DNA of 64,000 nucleotides, taken from assembly GCA_963709405.1 (NCBI GenBank), contig CAVPXM010000030.1, forward strand, positions 96,001-160,000, given 5' to 3'. Source of the stretch: an uncultured Nitrososphaerales archaeon (GTDB lineage: Archaea; Thermoproteota; Nitrososphaeria; Nitrososphaerales; Nitrososphaeraceae). A program made the translations under genes and the position numbers. Shown here piece by piece: positions 11,273 through 21,016 of the stretch (position 1 is its first letter; every line of letters starts with the position of its first letter). The notes under the pieces are model-generated. The model was not told the DNA's origin, did no database searches, and was given only the letters and a program-made list of their open reading frames with translations.

Positions 11273-11354
11273 TGCTTTGTTGCATAATTCATTATGTTAA
11301 AAGTATTACTTAATTGACCACTTCGTATTTAGCTTGCCGATAGCAGTAACTACC
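11273..11354 (+). mobile_element. solo left end of an IS5-family element related to 16411-17408
   Basis: tgctttgttgcat...ttgaccacttcgtatttagcttgc aligns with 16411-16485. Confidence 0.75.
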
Positions 11355-11580
11355 ATTAAATGTGAACCGAGACTCAAGCACGACTTTCCAGAAAATGCTA
11401 TCCAGATTTTATTTTGCGATCGTGACAAAATAAAACTAGAAATTCTCAAGAGTTAAATTCGGTAGCCTAAAATATATGTGGCTCAACTAGGAAGAGGAGC
11501 ATTTACTTATCCAAACCAATGCATCCGAATTCTACTACAATGCACCATCATATCAACTTACGCAAGTATGCCTTAAGAAA

Positions 11581-11660
11581 CCTGGTAGCAGGAGGTAGCA
11601 GGTGACAGCAGAGGAAATCAGGTGGTAGCAGGGATGACAATGTTGGTAGCAGGAGGTAGG
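11581..11660 (+). repeat. 10-bp-periodic GG(A/T)GGTAGCA tandem array
   Basis: cctggtagca ggaggtagca ggtgacagca gaggaaatca ggtggtagca gggatgacaa t gttggtagca ggaggtagg. Confidence 0.75.
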
Positions 11661-11706
11661 CTGTCTTTATTTTTTATTTTATACCATATTTAATTAAATA
11701 GCTGAC

Positions 11707-12587
11707 ATGGTATTAACCAGACAAGAGAAAGAAAGTCTCGTCATAGACCTCTACAATCAAGGAAAAAAGTCCCGTGAGATTGCTCAGCAAGTTAGAATGT
11801 CGTTCAGAGACATTGGAGCAATTCTGCGAAAGGCAGCCAAGGAGAAGGAAAAAGATCATTATAATTCTATCTCATCTAAGGCTTATGCAATGTTTTCCGA
11901 GGGCAAATCTCAGAATCGAAGTTGCCACTGCATTGAATCTAAGAGAGCCGGAGGTAACTATATTCTACACCGAGTTTTGCAACCTAAATAACTTCCGTGC
12001 TCTTGGCCAAGTTTACAATGAAATTAAGGGCGACATTGCATATTTCCTGGAATTGTATAGACTGACCAAAGCGGCAGGAATGAATACACAAAATATCAAA
12101 AGAATTCTGGAAATCGCTCATAGAGATTTATCATCAATTGAATATAGATATAGGGCTCTACAAAGAGAAATATCCTCTTTAGAAGCAGAGAACCGCAATT
12201 CAGCAAGAATTTTTCAAGAATTAAACGATCGGATAATAGATTTGCAAAAAACACGTGATTCTTTGCACTCAGCTTGCAGAGAACTGGGCTTGGAGATAAC
12301 AAAACTACGCATACAAAAGATAAGGTTAGAGGCAGACTGCAAATAAAATTCAGAATGACAGTGAGACACATAACAAAATTAAAGAAATGGCTAAAAGAGA
12401 AGTCGAAAGATTTCTTGGTGATAGTCAGCTAATATTTAAACTCACGTTTGAATCCGTCATCAAATCCATGCGAAAAGATCCCGCCATGCTTCCCGATTCG
12501 TACCATAACATTATACGCTATCCGATACAATTGTCAAATCATCCTTCCCATCAAGAATTGACAGAGAGTTCCTCAGAAGTGAATTAA
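11707..12587 (+). pseudogene. Nitrososphaera-type double-HTH coiled-coil protein, frameshifted
   Basis: MVLTRQEKESLVIDLYNQGKKSREIAQQVRMSFRDIGAIL (HTH), a second HTH-like segment and a coiled coil; frameshifts near 11910 and 12340. Confidence 0.7.
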
Positions 12588-12603
12588 GTATACAATAAGA
12601 TTT

Positions 12604-12834
12604 GTGGCCCAGTCAAAACAGGGATTTATTATCGAACACAAAACGATAGATGAAATTGTTTCATCTCTGAAACAGAGAGGCCTAAACGTATCAGCATACG
12701 GAGTTACTGAAGCCTTGAATGCGATAATTCAAGCATTTGAAGAGGACGGAGACTTAAAAGTCGATAAAAGTGCCGATTTCATTTTGGCGGTGCTGTTGAA
12801 GAATATCCTCACCAGCCAAATGAGAAAATATTAA
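12604..12834 (+). CDS. hypothetical protein
   Basis: 76-aa ORF with GTG start. Confidence 0.4.
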   Translation: MAQSKQGFIIEHKTIDEIVSSLKQRGLNVSAYGVTEALNAIIQAFEEDGDLKVDKSADFILAVLLKNILTSQMRKY

Positions 12835-12839
12835 ATGAA

Positions 12840-13358
12840 TATAATAAGCTTATAAAGAATGTAAGAATAAAATGGAAAAAGAATAGCAAGTTAATGATGC
12901 TTCCATCTGCGGCGACATCGCAAGAAAAAAATCATCAACATTATTCTACTGTGGGAGCAGTTGCAATTGACAAAGATGGAAACGTTGCTTCAGCCGTATC
13001 ATCTGGTGGAATATGGCTTAAGATGCATGGAAGAATTGGTGATTCTGCAATAATCTGTTCTGGAATCTATGCAGACAGTAAATCAGGAGGAGCTTGTGCT
13101 ACTGGCTATGGAGAATATATTATGAGGCTTTGTTTATGTAAATACGCCTGTGACCAGATGCAATCAAAAAATAGTGCAAATATATCGAGTCAAAAATCAA
13201 TCGACATGTTAACTAAAAGATTTGGAAAGAATACAGGCGGAATAATAACAGTTGACCTCAAAGGAAGATTCGGTGTAGCATGCAATACAAGGTCTATGCC
13301 AACAGCTATGATTACAAAGAAAAATCAAAAACCCATTATAGCATTTGGATCTGGTTAA
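12840..13358 (+). pseudogene. isoaspartyl peptidase/L-asparaginase (Ntn hydrolase), only the end of the alpha subunit and the beta subunit remain
   Basis: STVGAVAID, SAVSSGG, GRIGDS, ATGYGE; most of the alpha subunit is missing. Confidence 0.85.
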
Positions 13359-13639
13359 TGGCCATATGTCGGCAAATAATGATAATGGTAATGGTAATAA
13401 CTTCTTATATATCAGAATATGGGACTATGATGGCTTAAAGCGGTTATCCATACACATGGATTAAGTGTATTGTATATAATGAGAATAAAGATAATCTGAT
13501 TATCAAGATTATGATTTAGGTAGCACAATGCAAGTATAAAAGAAAAGTGATTCTAGCAAGGATTGATTATTATTCATGCCATACCTTGATCGATAACTGA
13601 ATAATTCCTATCCTATTTGTTTATTCGCATGGCAAACTA

Positions 13640-13675
13640 AATCATGGTAAGGTTGGTGAGCCCTACGACTATCCA
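13640..13675 (+). mobile_element. short internal IS5 transposase fragment
   Basis: atcatggtaaggttggtgagccctacgactatcca closely matches ~16597-16631. Confidence 0.55.
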
Positions 13676-14946
13676 ATTGTAATGAACAATGATGAGTTGA
13701 TTGATTTTGTTAAGACTGCGAAAAGGAACTTTTGGAACATTTCGAGTTAAAACAAAAGATAATAGAATCAAAGAGCGTTACTTTCTTATGTATATAGTAT
13801 TTTAAATTGATTCGGCACATCATCAGTATTATCAGATTAGTCAGTCTATGCCATGGGGTATCGTTTCCAGAGTATCGATCCCAATACAGTTCAGATAAGT
13901 CAGAAAGAACTGCTTAGGCAACCCCGCCAATAGTTCTAGTGACTTTTATTTTTGACTTTTATAGATCGTATATCTATCATCATTCTCCAATTTGATGCCT
14001 GTTTCATAGTTGTGTATTGTTAAAGATTTCATCAAATTGCAAAATTGTATTTAACTTTCTATTTTGAGTTCGAACTAGAATTGCATAATTGAAAAGATAA
14101 CAGAGATAGCAATGGCAATAAATTGATAACATGTGATAGCAGAGTTTTAAAGGTCTATCCTAACTATATAATATAGGTAAACGCAATAATGACAGTACAA
14201 TTACAACAGTCATAAGTAGAGGTATATCTTTAGTAGAGCATAATTTACTGAGGCAATATGCTGGTTGAGAAGAAATAGTAATTATATCTTTTCAGCCACA
14301 CCATATTTTTGTTCCTTTTTTTGATTGAAATGTTTATTGATTTTTAGGGACGAGTGAAGCAAATTATCATGAATAAATCACAATCAATAAAATGACATAT
14401 GAAAACCAATAGCTTCGCAAATTATAAACTATAATCATATTGTTCTTGAAAAGAAAAAATGTCATAATATAAATAGTTGTGAAAACAAAATGCTAGCCGA
14501 ACTACCCAATCCATTGAACACGGGTAACAATCTTAACTCCTCTAATGAGGATTTAACCTCAGAATATAGATTAAGACTGTTATTATCAAGGAATTATTTG
14601 AATAGTTTTTGTGTATTTCTACACCCGAGCCTCAATATCGTCATTAATTGCGGCATCTTATATTGAATTATGGGCTAATGTGCTATAAGATATAAAATAT
14701 TTTTATAACATGTTTGTCCAGATGTCTATCCCCTGATATCCTCTTCAAATCCACTCAAAAATCTCAGGACTTTGCCACAGTTGGAACATTTATTATATTC
14801 ACTAAAATCAAGATCATTATACTTCCTAAACGAAAAGCTGTCTGAGTGCTTACAAAAAAACCGCCTTAGTATTTCAAGAATCATATGACTTTTCTTAACC
14901 AAAGACTCATTTTTTACCATATCGTTTGAAATAGAATTGATTAATG

Positions 14947-15042
14947 TGCCGTCGGTGAGATTTGAGCTCACGACAGCTCGGTCTTCAAGCTTCACCCCTG
15001 TGAAATAAGGTCGAGTGCTCTCCCGGGCTGAGCTACGACGGC
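14947..15042 (-). tRNA. tRNA-Phe(GAA) with a ~22-nt intron 5' of the anticodon
   Basis: Reverse complement GCCGTCGTAGCTCAGCCCGGGAGAGCACTCGAC[CTTATTTCACAGGGGTGAAGCT]TGAAGACCGAGCTGTCGTGAGCTCAAATCTCACCGACGGCA; acceptor, D and T stems pair. Confidence 0.85.
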
Positions 15043-15114
15043 AAGTGTTTATCGTATTTAGACAGATCATATATAATCTTGTCTGGCGATAGGCGATAGT
15101 ATGATAATATTAGG

Positions 15115-16149
15115 TGTTGTACTTTCTAACATAGGTGACATTATAGCTTACCGACATGGGTTACACTTCTGCTGTCAGGAAGTGAATCCATATAGAAATC
15201 AGAACAAGGTTTAGTCTAATACATGAAAAAGAATGGACTGGTGATACCATAAGCATTATTTGTAAAAAATATGGTGTATCCAGAAAGACGTACTATAAGT
15301 GGAATAAGAGATACAAACAGAAAGGGATAGAAGGTCTATCAGATACCTCAAGAAGACCTCATAATATCAAGTACAAAAAAGTAACAGCAGAAGTAGAGGA
15401 GACAATACTTGATCTACGATTAAGCAAGATATTTGGATGTAATAGGATCAAGTTTAGATTGAGAAAGGTTGTTGGAATCTCATTAAGCACTCGAACTATA
15501 TACAAGATATTAAAGAGACATTGTCTTAACATCCTTAGATGTAAAGCTAAAATACGAAGCTACAAACGGTTTGCTATGAAGCATCCAAATGATATGGTAC
15601 AGATGGATATCCTTGGCCCTTTCTATCTGAGCAATTCCAGTCAAAGGAATTACATCATTAGCTGTTTAGACGACTGCTCTAGGAAGGTAGCTAGCAAGTG
15701 GTCTGAAAGAAAGAGGTCAGTGGATGTTCTGGACGTATTAGAGGATTGGATAGTGATCAATGGCAAACCTGATAGAGTAATGCATGACAATGGAAAGCAG
15801 TTTACATCTAACATATTCAGACATTTCCTCGTACACAATCAGATAAAGGATAAACAAATACCAAATCGCTATCCGCAGCTTCAGGGTAAAGTGGAAGCAT
15901 ATAACAAGATAGTGAAGAATGAATTTCTAGCAGTTGAGGATATACCAAACACAGATGATGGTAAACAAAGGTATGATATGTTTGTAAAAGCGTATAATGA
16001 AACTAGAGAACATGGAGGAATAAATGGTCTTACTCCATCAGAGATGTTTCTACAAAGATTAATTACATCCACCATACATACAAGAACAAGCAGCAAAGTG
16101 TAACCCATGTAGGTACTTAATAATGTAACCTATCTGTGCAAGTACAACA
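15115..16149 (+). mobile_element. IS481-family insertion sequence
   Basis: TGT...ACA ends with imperfect ~29-bp TIRs (tgttgtactt...) and a 6-bp TSD attagg (15109-15114, 16150-16155). Confidence 0.9.
15182..16103 (+). CDS. IS481 transposase (HTH + rve integrase core)
   Basis: The frame extends upstream of 15459 (KKYGVSRKTYYKW); VQMD, LDDCSR, DNGKQF, GKVEAY. Start uncertain. Confidence 0.85.
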
Positions 16150-16410
16150 ATTAGGAAAAGCACACAAGTGAAACTTGCGTGATGAGGTCTATACTTACCT
16201 GTTGAATTTCATTAACAAGTGAGAACAATACCCAATACTAGTCATTTAGATAAGACGTAATCCGTTAGTATTGTCATTTTTTCATGCTACTCTATTTGAA
16301 TGTAAATCAACGGCTCAAATTTAGGATAGTTGAGATTCGATAACTGTATGCAATCGGTGAACTATCCTGTCCACATCAAACGTTATCTGGTCTAGACATA
16401 TTGTTTTTTC

Positions 16411-17408
16411 TGCTTTGTTGCATGATTTGCTATGTTGTAAGTGATACTTATTTGACCACTTCGCATTTAGCTTGCTAATAGTAACTGTATAGTATGATTG
16501 ACTGGTATTCCTATAATGAATCGCTAGTAAGACGTGGCCAAGTACTCTTGGATTTTGATGTAATTGATGGATGGGATGATGAATTATCTCAAATGAACCA
16601 CGGTAAGATTGGTGAGCCTTACGACTATCCAGATTCGTTTATGCAGCTTCTAGGCTACATGAGAGTATATTTTCATCTACCGTACAGACAGGCAGAAGGT
16701 GTAGTTATAGCTCATGCGAGTACCTAAGGTACCATGCATACCAGATTATAGTACCATTAGTAGACGTGTAAACAGACTAGATATCAAAATCAATGAAGGA
16801 TTAGGAAATAATATTGTCATTGCTCTAGACAGTACTGGCATTAAAGTAGCTAATCGTGGAGAATGGATGCGGCATAAATGGCATGTTAGAAAAGGTTACC
16901 TGAAAATACATGTAGCAGTCGACATCAAGAACAAGAAGATTATTTCTTTGGAGGTAACAAGTGAAGAGATACATGATGGTAAGATGCTAAGGAAGTTAGT
17001 AGACAGTGCTTCTGAAAATAATCATGTAAAAAGTGTATTAGCAGATGGTATGTACGATAGCAATAACAACTTTAGATATCTATCAAAGAACCACATTAAA
17101 CCTGGCATAAAGACAAGAAGTAATTCCAAAGTCAAATCAACTAACTGTCACGCTAGGAATATGTCTGTAGTAAAACAACAAGCAAACTTCAAAAGATGGA
17201 AGCGTAGCGTGAGCTATGGATATAGGTGGATGGCAGAAACGGCATTCTCTTCTATTAAAAGGATGTTTGGTGAACATGTAACAGCTAGAAAATTTCCTAA
17301 AATGGTAAAGGAGATCTTTCTAAAAGCAACTCTTTATAACATGTTCAATCGAATGACATAACCATCGGCATAAATGAATTAAATCTTAATGGATCATGCA
17401 ACAGAGCA
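16411..17408 (+). mobile_element. IS5-family (IS903-like) insertion sequence
   Basis: TIRs tgctttgttgcatga / tcatgcaacagagca and an 8-bp TSD gttttttc (16403-16410, 17409-17416). Confidence 0.9.
16494..17361 (+). CDS. IS5 transposase, frameshift near 16725
   Basis: WYSYNESLVRRG, PDYSTISRR, DSTGIK, ADGMYD, RWMAETAFS. Confidence 0.9.
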
Positions 17409-18023
17409 GTTTTTTCGGTTATGTATATCGCAGTTGATATATAATTCCATGATTGATGCAGGTGGATTAGAAAAACAAGATGAAACATGGTTTAAGGAAA
17501 TGTTACAGAGTATGCCACACAATATGCTGCCAAAGATTCATAATCACTAGGTTGTCGGTACGCATTCCTAGTGACAATGACTCGCTTCATATTAAGAATG
17601 ACCATTGTAGGGCTGCATTATACCACCTTCCTATTAGAACATTAAAATGAGTCTTATTCTTTATAATGTCATTAATTTTTCAGGAATCAAAATGTGAATT
17701 AGATATGTTTTCAAAAGGAGCGGCTCAAGAACAAGACTAGCTTTGGTTTTCATATTTTTATAATTTCTTGGAATAGCCTTATTATCGACCACATATTATA
17801 TCTTCAAAGCAAAGAGTAATCTTGTTATCATGGATTGTTTAGATTGTCAATTTGAAGGAGATTTGTCAGAACCATACCAGCAGAATTATAAATAGGAGTT
17901 TTTAGATAATCTTTCCTATCATCTTCACTGTGATCTCTACTCTAGTCGCCCGCGCAGTTCTGACTCGCGTGGTACTATATACAGTTTCAATGGATAGTAT
18001 TCTTGACAGAAACTGAATACCAC

Positions 18024-18803
18024 TCAATGCTGTGGCTGAGTAACCAAATCGATTAAATGCCTTCGGACCTTCTTATCTATTTCTGTTCCATATTGCATTG
18101 CCTTCTTACGTTTAATCGTGGACTCTTTTGGAACATTTAGTAATCGTGCTACCTTTCTTAGGATCCGCTTTCTAAGGAAGTCATCAGACCCTAGTATTTT
18201 ATACTCGAGGGGAATATCTCTAGAAAATGCAATAAATTTATTTGATAAGAAGGGCTGCCTAATGGTAACTCCAAAGTCAGTTACTGTCTTATCTATTTCT
18301 TGAATAAGCCTCAGTTCATTTAAAATTTTTTCTTCCATTAATTTCATTAGTCGTGTCCTGCCTTGATTAAATATTGCTCTATAAACGTCGTAGCCACAAA
18401 AAAGCTCATCACATCCGTTCGCAGAGAGTATAGTTCTGAAGCCAATCTCTTGAGCAAATTTCGCAATAAATAAAAATGCGATACAATTTTCTATGTGCGA
18501 AATACTTCCGCAGTTAACGTTCCTTGTAACAGTCTTTAGATTTTCATAAAAATCATTTTCTTCTAATTCATAGATCCTATGGTCTAGATTCAGTCTTGAA
18601 GCTATAATTTTAGAGAAGCAGACATCATGTGACTTCGGAAACCCAATAGTTAACAGAGTTACAGATACACCAATGTCCCTACATATAGTAGCGAGCAATG
18701 AGCTATCGATACCCCCAGAATAGGCCACAGCAATAGATCCTTCGTCCTGTATAGCATCATCTACCACGTCAAAAAGTACTTGTCTTAATCGAGCTAGCAG
18801 CAT
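18024..18803 (-). CDS. asparagine synthase C-terminal-domain protein
   Basis: SGGIDSS PP-loop, ANGCDELFCGY, RQPFL, KKAMQYG. Confidence 0.85.
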   Translation of the reverse strand: MLLARLRQVLFDVVDDAIQDEGSIAVAYSGGIDSSLLATICRDIGVSVTLLTIGFPKSHDVCFSKIIASRLNLDHRIYELEENDFYENLKTVTRNVNCGSISHIENCIAFLFIAKFAQEIGFRTILSANGCDELFCGYDVYRAIFNQGRTRLMKLMEEKILNELRLIQEIDKTVTDFGVTIRQPFLSNKFIAFSRDIPLEYKILGSDDFLRKRILRKVARLLNVPKESTIKRKKAMQYGTEIDKKVRRHLIDLVTQPQH

Positions 18804-19356
18804 ACCAAGGCATCATCTTCCTATTAGTCTGATCGCAACGCCTATAGATAAATAGGTAACACGAATGGTAGCTTAAAAGATTAACTACCTTGTGCAGCAT
18901 TCAAGAGTACCAGTATAACTTTAGCCGACTATAATTTCCGAACGCTAGAAACTCATAAAGGGCAGATCTTTGATATTGCATATCCCAAAACATATGTTCG
19001 ATGATTTACTTTGTAATCCTCAGGTATGATAAACGCATATGCAAATACATCGCAATCTCGGTAGAACAGGTACGAACAATCAATAAACTAGAATAAGTGA
19101 AAGGGCCGAGGCTAGCGTCAATAGTCTAGAACGAATACATAATACCTTGCAAGATTTTGAATGTGAACTATATTTTTAAAGCATTGCGCCCCACAGGATC
19201 CCAGAGGTCTCACTATGATTTCCCTATGGTCAGTTACAATACCATGAATTCGATTTAATGATGGCGGTAAAGAGGATAGAAACGATAAAAATAGTTGTAA
19301 TCCTCAAAGTTTCTAAACGAATATGAGTATCTACATGGAACCTGTGAATACATCTA

Positions 19357-19767
19357 ATGGTAAGTGATACGAATAGATCCGAAAAGTTTTGCAGCTATCA
19401 ATTTGGCAGGGAAGCCGAATACATTGTTGCCGTTTTTCTTAAATCAAGGGGGTGGAAGTTGAGTTTATCTAAAGGAAGCAGAGGGGCAGCTGACATCATT
19501 GCAATACGTAATTCAATCAAATGGTTAATCCAGGTTAAATCTAGTAATCTTATACCTCGGATAAGGGGCTATGAAATAAAGCGGCTTACCGAAGCGGCCG
19601 AATTAGTTAATGCATCGGCAGTTATTGCCACGCTACAACACTCTCAGACGATAATGAATCACGATGTCGGTAGAAATAGAAACTCGCACTTAAATGATGG
19701 AGTTTATCACATTGGAATTTATTCACTAATATTCTACCTCCTTCCTAATTGGAGTCGCATATCCTAG
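19357..19767 (+). CDS. PD-(D/E)xK nuclease, Hjc/Mrr-like
   Basis: GREAE...L..RGW...SRGAADIIA...IQVKS. Confidence 0.75.
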   Translation: MVSDTNRSEKFCSYQFGREAEYIVAVFLKSRGWKLSLSKGSRGAADIIAIRNSIKWLIQVKSSNLIPRIRGYEIKRLTEAAELVNASAVIATLQHSQTIMNHDVGRNRNSHLNDGVYHIGIYSLIFYLLPNWSRIS

Positions 19768-20292
19768 GCTTAGTTCAAAGTTGAATTAAAGATACCAATG
19801 TTTAGTATCACATTAAGTATTTAGATGACATCTTAAATTAGCAAACGACAATCTAGGATCTAGCCAATTTTAGAATAATGATGAGGATATTGGAATAGTA
19901 ACTCGTCATCATATGACCTATCGAGTTATATTACTCAAATTTATTGATATTGATTCTGATACAGGCAGAACGGAGCGTAAGAAGATATACCAGTTCAGAA
20001 CCCTAGTGACCATGTATGTGAAATATCATTCTTGCACACATTGCTATGTGACAGACGATTAAGAATACTAGGATGGTTGCAAGATCTGTGTCAATCGACG
20101 AAAATGATACTATGACCGCTTTACTCATCTATCATTGTTGCTAATACAACTAAGACTTGCAACATGTAAAGCATAATTGCTCAAATTCAGCGCCAACCAT
20201 TATTTTAGTAGCTTAGCTTTATCATAGCTTCTTGTATATTCGACTTAACACTAGCTTTTAATCTTTTTTTTCTGTGGAGGACTAGTACTAAG

Positions 20293-20914
20293 ATGGATCA
20301 GCATCAACAGCCTCTAAAGAGTGATCTTACGAATGCCACGATTGTAGTAAGCAATCAGCTCGCGAAACTGAAGATGCTTAATAAGAGAATTGCTCTTATT
20401 GATAAAGATTTTCGATATAAAATAGCTTGTAATTTGAAGAAGGGCAATAATGGGCGTGCAAGAGTTATGGCAAACGAGCTATCTAATATTCATCACGTTA
20501 AACGAATTTCTCAGAATATGTGCCTGGCATTAGAAGTCATCGTCCTAAGATTCAGTACCGATTAGCGAATTCGCCAAGATTCTAGAAACCGTCAATCCAA
20601 CTATTGAAACGATCAAGGATATTCAGAATGACATCTGGAACGTCGTTCCTACTGCAACTGGACTTTTCAACGAGATGACTTCAGTAACTTCAGAAGTGTT
20701 GCTTAATTCAAAAGTTAAAGTTGATAGTAATATCCTCCCTACAAGTGTCGATATGGATGCGCTTTCGATACTTGATGAAGTGGAAGACCTATTGGAAGAC
20801 GAAGCAAAAGCGAAACTACCGGATGTCCCTGACACTATCCGTCATGTACGCTCGAATACGTCTGAGGTGCAAGAGGAGGTGTTAGATGGAAACAGAGTTC
20901 TCGTCGAGAGTTAA
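20293..20914 (+). CDS. cdvB: ESCRT-III/Snf7 cell-division protein, CdvB paralog (frameshift near 20560)
   Basis: Snf7-like helices (ARVMANEL...ALEVIVLRFST/ISEF...) and ILDEVE...AKLPDVP (MIM2-like). Confidence 0.75.
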
Positions 20915-21016
20915 AATCCGTACTACGCAGACTAAGCACTGATTGTGTTTCACTATATCATTAGTAAAAAAATATTTACAAAGGAGTTTTAATCATCTAG
21001 TCTGAATAACGGTGCA

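Noticed and set aside
11581-11660. Possible mini-CRISPR
   Set aside because: 10-bp units without spacers
12894-13358. Naturally split asparaginase with a stand-alone beta subunit
   Set aside because: An in-frame remnant of the alpha-subunit tail (IKWKKNSKL) lies upstream, so truncation is simpler
14726-15070. 114-aa minus-strand ORF
   Set aside because: Its 5' half overlaps tRNA-Phe on the same strand; at most a short 3' CxxC ORF could be real
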